A stretch of 64,000 nucleotides of DNA from Ruditapes philippinarum (lineage: Eukaryota): contig NW_026852876.1 of NCBI RefSeq assembly GCF_026571515.1, positions 1 to 64,000 of the forward strand, given 5' to 3'. The position numbers and the translations under genes were made by a program. Positions within the stretch are counted from its first letter, which is position 1. The number at the start of each line of letters is the position of its first letter. The notes under the pieces are model-generated. The model did no database searches. It was not told the origin of the DNA and saw nothing but the letters and a program-made list of their open reading frames with translations. Of the stretch, positions 54,353 to 64,000 are shown piece after piece.

Positions 54353-55039
54353 AGGTATTTTTTCTGTAAGCAGGTCGATTCCAATATCCGTTTTCAATTT
54401 TCGCAAAATGTAGAAAAAAAACTTGCAATGAATCCCTGGACTTATCCTTTTATTAATATGACTGAAACATGAACGCATTTTTTATATATATTTAAAATTT
54501 ATAAATATATTTATATGCAACTTGTAAGATTAAATTCTAACGCAAGCATTGTTACATAATATTAAATCCTGAGAATCAACACAAGTGCACAAGGATGATT
54601 TTATACAATGAGTTTCATCAGGGCCCTTGAAAAATATCGGTGGACTAAAATAATACACATTGACTATAATTTAAAACCTTTTTTCTGTTTTCTTTTTTAA
54701 AAATCATCGTAGAAAATTGGAATTAAATCTATAAGAGAACATTGTATAAGCACAAACTATACAATTGGCTATATGTTACGGTATAAATATAATATATTTT
54801 TACTAAAGCCCTGCGAGAAAAGTCTGAAATACACTTAGAATTAGTTAAAAATCTAATTGCATCAGATTGAAGTATTGTCTTGAGACGATTACTTTAGTTA
54901 GGAAATACTGATCATCATACTTGAGCACCGTGATTCGTTTTATGGCGGTTGTGGGGGTCTGTGACAGCCAAATAAGAATCTCCGTTGCTATATTTTAGTC
55001 ATACCCGATCACATTGTGTTTAGCTACTTCCCCCAAGAA

Positions 55040-58000
55040 ATGCACGATGCATCTCGGGTGATGAAGCTTTTTAATGTTTTTAATGAAAGATTCATCTTCC
55101 ATCACCCGACCGTGCCGACTTTTAGAACGGTTGGGGAAATCCTGTGGAAGAAGCAGCCCGACCAAAAACCCTAAATGTGATGAGTAATTGAAAGAGTACA
55201 TTGTTCAATTCGTATTATGAGTTTGAATCAGGTGTCCGACAAGGAACAGGTGTCGAGACAATAAAATATATCGGCCGTTATTTCCTTATATCAATCATTT
55301 AATTTTACTAATTGGTTTAAATGATAAGCATCCAGGAAGAAAGTTGGCTATGATTATTTTGGCAATATTCATCTTTATTCCGATAATAATACTTTCTAAA
55401 TGTTGATTAAGTTATGATGTGTTTTGGCGAAAATTTGATGTTTTACTACCTTGGATGCAAAATGAACAGCTAGAGTTATTAGTCCAATAGATGTAGACGT
55501 TACAGCTATGTTATAGTTTATGTTGGATCAAGCCCCTTACGTCTAATAGTTATTGCTCTCAAAAAACGCGTTTAAAGCATTCTTGAAAAAATTTAAAAAT
55601 GTCTGTTGACCTTGCCCTTTGAGGGCTTTATTCAAGCCTATCTTCTGAAATTACTTTCAATTGACATGGTCTTATCATTAACAAAACTTAAAACAATGTT
55701 ACTTATCAATTAAAACATAAATTGATAAATATCACCGTCTTATTGTCGCTCATCGGCCATACGTGGGTTAAGTAAAGCGTTTTACAGATATTCAATTTTT
55801 TGAAGCGCGAAAAATATATAGATTTGAACACACTGCACCCGGATGCCAATAGGGCGCAATTATTATCGTTAGAAAAAATATTACCGATTAGAAAACTTCT
55901 GGACTCATTAAACGCTTGCATTTGAATAGCCAACAGATTCAGCGCACTGTATATGGCGGACCATTGTACTATCAGCATGTACAAGAATTTAATTTAAATG
56001 AGAGGATTCTAATCATGAACTTTTCGGTTGTGAACAGTTCAATAATATTTCTGTTTAAAGGTAATTTATTTTTAGTTTTCGTTTCATAAGATAGAGTCTA
56101 ATATTGAAATGTAAATACCACCTGTTTAATGTTTAAATTCATTAGATCTAAATCGATTGTCTATAGTCAATCTATTTTTGCTACACGATTGCAAAGATCT
56201 AGTTAAAGACCCTAACGGTAACAGTGGAAAATGAAAAAATGTTAAAATATACAAGATTAGGATGAATTGATAAATGAAATAGGCTTACGATATATCTCTA
56301 TAATAGGACTAAGTGCTATCAGGCAATTTTATAACAGTACACAATATTATTTCTTGATATTATGTTTCTCACAAAATACAACTCAGATTACTGCTCTATG
56401 GATTCAGGCTTATGAGTTAAAAAGGTTTAGGTTTATTAAACAATTGATTTTGATGGCTCCTGCTAAGTCATTAGACATAGACCAAGTGGTTTATAAAAGA
56501 CCAGAATACTAAAAACCACACGCTGACCGTCCGTGACACGGCATACATCACGGAAAAATACAGAATTTACATGTCACGGGTTATGCCACGGGTCAGGGCC
56601 AAAAAACCCTTCCTTTGTCAGAAGGCCGAAACCATTAGGCTACTTCCCCCAACCACAAACTAAGCCTCTTTTTTCCCCAGTTTGGTCCAAAATCCCCAGA
56701 TACTTTTGAAATTATCCCATAGAATTTAGAACAAAAATATAAAATGATGGGTGTTGAATAAAGGATTATTGACTGACCTTAATTTGATTTCCCAAGTGCT
56801 TCTTTCGTTTAACAAACCTTTGTAAAGTTTGTGTTCAAATTTGAGACGTTATGCCAAATCATGCATGATTTTTCCCAAGAAAAGCTGAGGCACCCCTTCC
56901 CACAAAAGGTGTTTAATTGGCCCTGGCTTGTTTGTCTATTCCTTGTTAAGATTAGTTTAATATAATATTAATATAAGTTACTAAAGATTTTATTTGTCTA
57001 TTATTGAATTATCTATTTATAGTATTATCTTTAATCTACATTACTATCACGATTCCGCCAGATCACAACTTTATAATATTACAACATAACGTCACGTTGA
57101 GGACGTGAGAAGACGACGTCAGTTAAGAGGTAGAAACATAGAATTAAATGTCATTTGAGTACAAACCAAATTTTACTTCTTAAATATACAATCTGAGCGC
57201 CGATATCGGCGCTTCCTTTTAGACCAATAGAAAGGGGTGGCGAAACAGTGAGAATTTTTAAAGGAGACGGATCTAAAAGCACAGCGATTGGCGAGCTGAA
57301 CGGACATCGTTGGATAAACCAAGGCACTGTGGGTCTTTCCACAGCAAAGAAATACCGCGGTTAAAGAAAAATATTTTATATACATACGAGATGGGGCATC
57401 TGAAAAGAATTTGTAAATTTATTACCATGAACCTGAATGCATAACGGTCCTTTTGTTTCAATACATCGGCAATGAACAAATCTCACAGACCGATGTCCCA
57501 TGGAAATTCAAAAAACCAGGAACGCCCTTTTTTAAGATCAAAGCCAAGCAGTCTAGAAAAATGGCCTAAATGAAACAAAATCGGAGGATCCGAAATTTAG
57601 TTTATAAAAAAGAAATTCATGACAACGCACGAACAGCCAAGGACTTAAAAACAAATTCCAAAATCTGCGACATAAAGGAAACACAGAACTTAGAATATCT
57701 CGTGATGCCTTATACAATCTGCCATGCTTTAGCTATAGACACAAGCAATCCAGTTCATTCAGGTAATCAATACTTTCCCAAATTTAGTTGTTATATGCGG
57801 ACATAAACTTATGTTCGAAGAACTGGAAAGAGTTCTTTACCTTGACAATGAAAGTCAGTGCCTCAGCTATGACACAACTTTTCAACTTGGGGGATTTCTA
57901 CGTATCTACGTTGATATTTAGGCATATTCTTTTTAAGGAAATGCCAATGCATGCCAGCAATATTTATGCTGCATGAGCGCAAATTCCAAAACACCCACGA

Positions 58001-61000
58001 ATTTATTGTTCAATTTTTTCAAAGAAAATATAAGATAAAAAAAAACGCTGTTTGCTTGTGTCACAGACGGTGAACAGGGGATCATGAATGCTATGTCTTG
58101 TGTTCCAACACTTGTTGATGTGAGATGTTGGAACCACATGTTAAATGATATTGGAAGATGGCTGACTGAACATGGATTTTCCAACTCAATATGTCAAATG
58201 ACTTATCATTTGCAAAAACACTTCTAAGACTAACTTAGTAAGAGTATAATATATGCACTAGAAATATTAGTTTTGAAATGGGAAAAAGACACTTATCCCC
58301 CACACTTATCCCCCGTACACTTTATCCCTCAAATTTTGAAGACACTTCACCCCTTGAGTCTGAAATCATTTAGATGCTCCACCCTTGAACCCTATATTAT
58401 TTCTAGAGTAAATATTTTAACAACAAATAAACCGTTTATTTCTTAATTTTCTTTATTCTTAGTATTTTTTTATGAAAAACAATGTACATGTATTTAACTC
58501 CAAGTAATTTTCAATATATTTTTAACATTTAAACATGTTTCATGAAAGACAATTAACATCACACTCACATATATCTTAAACACGAAACTTTGGATATGCA
58601 TGAAAAACAATTTTTTACTCCAATTTAAGAAAAAACAAATGTATTGATAAACGTCATACAATAATAACATGCATTATGGTCGAATTGATTAGTGGCCAAA
58701 ACTGGGTCATGTATACCATCATATAAATGATGTTTACTTTCAAAGGGGTTAATCCATGCGCGCGCATCCTTAAAGTTCTGATACCGCGAACACTTCATCG
58801 GCCGGTATTTCGAAGAAAAACAAGTGGTGTGAAGAAATCAGAAAAGGTATGAATTTAATTTGTTTTGCAAAGAAGATGTCCTAACTTCTAGTTTTTATAT
58901 ACAAAATGTCTTGAAGTAACTTTTTTCTGTTTTGTCAGTATTTCGCGTTGAATGCGATTTTGATTCTGGATAGTGCGTACACCCGGCGTTGAAATGTTAC
59001 AGAAAATGAGCAAATATCGATTAAACTGGCCGTTTTAAACTGCTGGAAGTTATTCTGTTGTAGAATCCTTTTCAAAAATATATTTTCAACCTTCGTTCCA
59101 ATTCATTTGCTCTAAAAAAGTATTTAAACGCACTATTTACAGAAAACAGAGATTATGATATTGCGTACACTCTAAAAAAATTCCAGATACTGCGTACACA
59201 TTAGTATTCAATTGATAGAAAGTACATTTTATTTCATGCTTTCCAGTGTTTTATTGTAATATATCAAATGATTATATTCAGATAAACCACTAGATCTAGT
59301 GCAATTTATAAAATATAATTTTCACTGTAGCCGGACTATATCTGAATGCGGATGAAAAGAAAATTAAACTAAATGGAATAACTGGCTGAAATAAGTGCCG
59401 TCATACGTAAAGTTTGCTTCCTTAGGAAAAGAAAGTCGATGTCAACATACATCATGTTAAAAATTTAGCAAAATTAGAGAAATTTAACATAACTATATTT
59501 CAAAATTGATGATGTGACATCATGATGTGACATTATGACGTCACAAAGGAGAATGTGCGACATTACGCGGCAAAATCAGTAAAAAAAATACTTAAAATCA
59601 CTTATAAAGCATGAAATAAAAAGAAAATTTATTTGTTTTACATATAAGATTAAAATATATTTCATTCGTGAACACCGTCTATTATATTGTCACTCGTGGC
59701 TACGCCACTCGTGAAAATATTGCATCTGGTGTTCACTCAGTGAAATTATATTTCAATCTTACATGCAAAACAAACAAAATTAATATCCTCTATTTATTCG
59801 AAGCAGTCTAAGGTTTATAAATGACAAAGCGGATTGCATGGGTGTCCCTTTTAAAGAATTCTTTAAAATCTACATCATAGACAATGTTTAGAATTAACAT
59901 TTATTTATACAATTTGTTTAGGTTATTTATTTAAAACCTGGTGAATAATTGTCTATCTTGATAATGTTTTTATACTCTACATTTCAAAATAAATTACTTC
60001 TTACAGTCAAATAAATATCTTATTTCAGAAAATGAATGTGTGTCGATTTTGTGGTGAATTCTTTGCCAGTGAATCTTCTCTCAGACAGCATGAGGCACGA
60101 CATCGGCAAAATGGTCCCTACAAATGTGATATATGTAGTCAAGTGGCTTTTTCGGAGTACCATTACAAAACACACATGCAGCGTCATTCCTCAGAACGCA
60201 AGTACGAATGTAAATGCGGCAAATCGTTCAAGACATCTTATGATTTAAAACGCTATGAACAAAGAGGCCTTCTCTAATAATAAAGATGTTAGTGATCACA
60301 AAGATAGGCACGAGAATGGAAAACGTCATAAATGTGGAAAGTGTGGCAAAGGAAACACTGATAAAAGTTCGTGGAACATGAACGCATTCCAAAGAAATAA
60401 CTTGCTGCAAGCGATTTTAGTTCAAGTTCCAAATATATGCTTTCTTGTGCAATTTAATAAACCATGTTTTTGCCCATGAAGTGTTTATATCTGAGTGCTT
60501 TGCCACACTTTCCACATTTATGACGTTTTCTTTTCTCGTGCTTATCTTTGTGATCACTAACATCTTTATTATTAGAGAAGTCCAAGCCACATCATCACAT
60601 TTGAATTCCTTTGTTTGGCTCTTTCTTTGTTCGTGGCGTTTTAAATCATGAGATGTCTTGAACGATTTGCGACATATACATTCGTACTTACGTTCAGAGG
60701 AATGCGCGGCATGTGTGTTTTGTAATGGTACTCCGAAAAAGCCACTTGACTACATATATCACATTTGTAGGGACCATCTTGCCGATGTCGTGCCTCATGT
60801 TGTCTGAGAGAAGTTTCACTGGCAAAGAATTCACCACAAAATCGACACACATTCATTTTCTGAAATAAAATATAAAATTGACTGTAAGAAGTAATTTATT
60901 TTGAAATATAGAGTATAAAAACATTATCAAGACAATTATTCACCAGGTTAAATTACATAAACATTTAACAAATTGCATAAATAAATGTTAATTCTAAACA

Positions 61001-63635
61001 TTTTCTAGGATGTAGTTTTTAAATGATTGCCATGCAATCCGTTTTATCATTTTATAAACCTTAGCCTGCTTCGGATAAAATTTTTCTATCAATTGCATAG
61101 TTATGTGTACGCAGTATCTTGATTTTTTTAGAGTGTACGCAATATCATAATCTCTGTTTTCTGTAAATAGTGCGTTTAAATACTTTTTTAGTACAAATGA
61201 ATTGGAACGAAGGTTGAAAATATATTTTTGAAAAGGATTCTACAACAGAATAACTTCCAGCTGTTTAAAACGGCCAGTTTAATCGATATTTGCTCATTTT
61301 CTGTAACATTTCAACGCCGGGTGTACGCACTATCCAGAATCAAAATCGCATTCAACGCGAAATACTGACAAAACAGAAAAGAGTTACTTCAAGACATTTT
61401 GTATATAAAATCTAGAAGTTAGGACATCTTCTTTGCAAAACAAATTAAATTCATACCTTTTCTGATTTCTTCACACCACTCGTTTTTCTTCGAAATACCG
61501 GCCGATGAGGTGTTCGCGGTATCAGAACTTTAAGGATGCGCGCGCATGGATTAACCCCCTTGACTTTGCTTGCTCTACTTTCTCAACACATGGATGATCA
61601 TAAAAACAGCTTTATTTGGATTTAAGTTTTTAAAGGCTTTAAGTGTTTTCAATAAGAAATAGTACATGGCTTTACTAAAATAAAATTTAAACTGGATTTT
61701 CCCATTAACATCAGTGCTGTTTTAAGAAATTTAGCCTCTTCCTCTTCTCCAGAAGTATATATATTTCCCCTATTTCTCAATTTTGAGAATTTGACAGAAT
61801 TTTGGAAAACTGCTGTCTATTTTTCATTGGGAACATTGCAGTATTCTGGTATTAGTTTTATAAGGGAATTTTTTTTTGCCCTGAACCTGGTTGAGAAAAC
61901 ACTGGTATCCATATTACAGCTTTATTTGTCTTTACAGGACAGAAAAACTGTTGATGAGTATTTCCAGTAAGCGGACTGCAGCTGAAGATGTTAATACAGA
62001 TCAACATAGTAAAAAAGCAAAGACAGAGGGAACTGGGTAAATATTAAATTTGTTTTATTTATATAGATTTTATCCTCCCCCAAAAGAATGTTTGCCCAAA
62101 TTAAAGCTTTGGTGTAAAAAATGTCTCATTCCTGTTTTTTTTTTGGGGGGGGGGGTAATGGCTGCTGTCATGGCATATGCAAATGAAATCTCTAAAAATC
62201 ATTGAAAAAGAAGCATTCTAACTTTTCTCCTTTTGGTTACTGGGGGGGGGGGAAGTGGGAGGGGGGTGGCAGCTTTATATTTATACACTGTTAATAAATT
62301 TTCTTTGAGTTTTTATACACCTTTGAAAAATGTAATGAGAAATTTATGAATAATTGACCTGTCATATCACTCAATACTGAAATCAACATCAAATGCAATT
62401 GCTTGATACCAAATTAAAAGTTGGGTTACAGCAGGGCTCAAGCTAGGTTCAAAATTTAGGGAGAAGTCACTTCTCCCTCCAGCTGCTTTAGGGAGAAGTG
62501 GGGAGACTTTAGGGAGAAGTGAGGAGATTCATTTATCGATGTTTGTTGTATGTTATTGCAATTATGTTGACTCACTGTACATATCTTATTAAATGAATTG
62601 GATTTGTGTTACAACAGAATATTCAATTTTAATTTAAAAGTAGTTTGAAACAAGTAATAATAAGAATGAGTATCATGTAATGCAACCATTGCATTAAATG
62701 AAGATAAAAAAGCCATAGTTGATTCCTATCATGGATCATATCATGGGTGGATTAACAGTTATTCCCTTCTGATTTACTATTAAAAAGCTTGCGCCGGACA
62801 TTATATTCATATTCACTTATGTTGTAAAGAAAATGAAAGTAGATATTAAACGAAAGAATCGATCTTTAATTTAACTACATTTGTAATAAATACAGTGTAA
62901 TACGCCGTCAATTTTATCAAATTTAACTCGTCGACAAAAAAGTTTATCATAACTTTCATTTAAAAGTACCGTTACAGTTATATGTCGAGCGGTCCTCTTA
63001 ATTCTGACAATCATTCGATAGTGAAAATTTAATTGACGTTTGATCCGTCCATCATAAATAATTGTTACTGTATGTTAGCGATTTAATGATTGGTTTAATA
63101 ATGTCGCCTCGATTGAAACGTGAATTACGATTGGTTTCTCGCACGTATCGGTAATCTCGCCGTGGGCGGAGTCTAATTGTTCCTCGAGTGTCTGTTAATT
63201 AGACTTTTATGACATGTTGGTTGATTGAGATGCATGACAGTCCCTTTTTCTGGCGGCGAGGGTAAATAAAGCAAACACACACAACATGTTATTCACAGTT
63301 ATTGTTGGTAATTTTCAATAATGGATCAATAAAATCGGGCGACTTCATCTTCGCTTTCATGTAGGATGTCGGCGAAGTCAGACGGAATTCGGCGACTATT
63401 TCGCCCGAATCGCCCAGTAGCTCGAGCCCTGTTACAGGAATAGGATTAGAACCTTTTCTACCTGTTGAATTTAGTTTGAGGGATCTAAGGCCATCTTGAC
63501 CCTCTTGTTTCTAAATTTTTACAATTTCATCAAATATTGAAGTTTGTTTCTTTTGACTTCTATAGGAGCCACCTTGAAGTCATGCAGAGAATCCAGGTTC
63601 ACACAGTAGAAACTGTTGAGGCATGCTTACACGAG
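55040..63635 (+). CDS. MTREX: Exosome RNA helicase MTR4, first three exons (gene continues beyond the window); exon 1 frame-disrupted in this sequence
   Basis: Exon 2 (61938-62036) and exon 3 (63566-63635) join in frame: TEKLLMSISSKRTAAEDVNTDQHSKKAKTEGTGSHLEVMQRIQVHTVETVEACLHE, matching the MTR4 motif RVKVQSVETVEGCTHE. Exon 1 (55040-55183) reads MxDAFGDELFNVFNED... once single-base insertions are removed, and ends in the required phase 2 (GA|GTAATT). Confidence 0.82.
57150..58280 (+). pseudogene. Decayed Mutator-like transposase fragment
   Basis: Across frameshifts: LSYDTTFQLGDFYVSTLIFRHILFKEMP, HERKFQNTH, FACVTDGEQGIMNA, RCWNH. These correspond to the D, D and CxxH motifs of invertebrate MULE transposases. 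Confidence 0.75.
58281..58390. mobile_element. Left terminal repeat of a Mutator-like element
   Basis: Tandem GACACTT(A/C)(T/A)CCCC motifs, the same style as the reverse complement of the TIR at 18741-18847; truncates the upstream transposase. Confidence 0.5.
59222..59792 (-). mobile_element. Helentron-like insertion in the left arm of the foldback element
   Basis: Absent from the right arm; minus strand begins TAGAGGATATTA and contains CACGAGTGGCGTAGCCACGAGTG. Confidence 0.6.
60032..60350 (+). pseudogene. C2H2 zinc-finger gene, left-arm copy
   Basis: CRFC-x12-HEARH, CDIC-x12-HMQRH and CKCGKSF fingers after a TTTCAG acceptor; a deletion near 60268 breaks the frame before further finger remnants (HKDRH, CGKCGK). 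Confidence 0.75.
60480..60856 (-). pseudogene. C2H2 zinc-finger gene, right-arm copy
   Basis: Same N-terminus (MNVCRFCGEFFASE...). Frameshifts near 60705 and 60590. Retains KEFKCDxCGLDFSNNKDVSDHKDKH and HKCGKCGKALRYKH, part of which is deleted in the left copy. Confidence 0.75.
62432..63431. mobile_element. hAT-like non-autonomous element (CAGGG...CCCTG) with 6-bp TSD TTACAG
   Basis: 14-bp TIR CAGGGCTC(A/G)AGCTA; subterminal GGGAGAAGT and GGCGA(A/C) motifs; TTACAG at 62426-62431 and 63432-63437. Lies in MTREX intron 2. Confidence 0.75.
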
Positions 63636-64000
63636 GTAAAAAAACAATCTTTGTATAAAACATAATATTTGTCGAAAGCTCACCTGAGACCAGAATGTTC
63701 AGAATCCCTAAATGTCCAGGATCTAATGTGTCATCTATTGGAATTAACTATTTTTTAAGCCAATGCTGACTAAATCACTGTGAAGATTTTGATTAAACTT
63801 GACAAGAGTGATCTTAAGCAAATGGGTTAAACCGTCATCCTGAAAACATCACAAAAAATCATCAAAATCTGTTTTTTTTATTATTGTTAAACTTTTAACA
63901 GTTTGAAAGCTTTTTTAGCCCCCCCCACCCCACTTTCCAACGAGGAGGAGGTGCGGCATTTACATTTGTTCTTGTTTGTCTATCCTGCTGTCACACTGTG

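Larger units (their letters stand above)
58741..61562. mobile_element. Foldback element with ~1-kb inverted arms, CA...TG ends and 5-bp TSD ACTTT
   Basis: 58741-~60350 is the reverse complement of 61562-~60498, apart from a ~570-bp insertion in the left arm. ACTTT at 58736-58740 and 61563-61567. Confidence 0.85.

Overview
AT-rich, intron-rich, repeat-dense animal genomic DNA. The repeat repertoire suggests a bivalve mollusc; this is inference. Five host genes can be reconstructed by hand from splice sites and protein motifs. FBXW9 (minus strand, 8 coding exons, 4115-14249). Two tandem Tctex1-domain dynein light chain genes, each with a single coding exon (30578-31189 and 36420-37028, plus strand). 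TXNDC12/ERp18 (minus strand, 7 exons, 41891-50845, CGAC active site, C-terminal ADEL). The first three exons of MTREX/SKIV2L2 (plus strand, 55040-63635, continuing beyond the window), whose exon 1 is broken by many single-base insertions that are probably assembly error. The rest is a mosaic of transposons: two decayed Mutator/MULE transposases, several TAYGG-terminated elements with 6-bp TSDs (IS3EU-like), Kolobok-, Sola-, piggyBac- and hAT-like MITEs, Helentron-like elements with ~145-bp internal tandem arrays, and tRNA-derived SINEs. The most unusual structure is a 2.8-kb foldback element in MTREX intron 1 (58741-61562). It has CA...TG ends and a 5-bp ACTTT TSD, and each ~1-kb arm carries an inward-facing spliced C2H2 zinc-finger gene. 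No prokaryotic features, CRISPR arrays, rRNA or intact tRNA genes were found.
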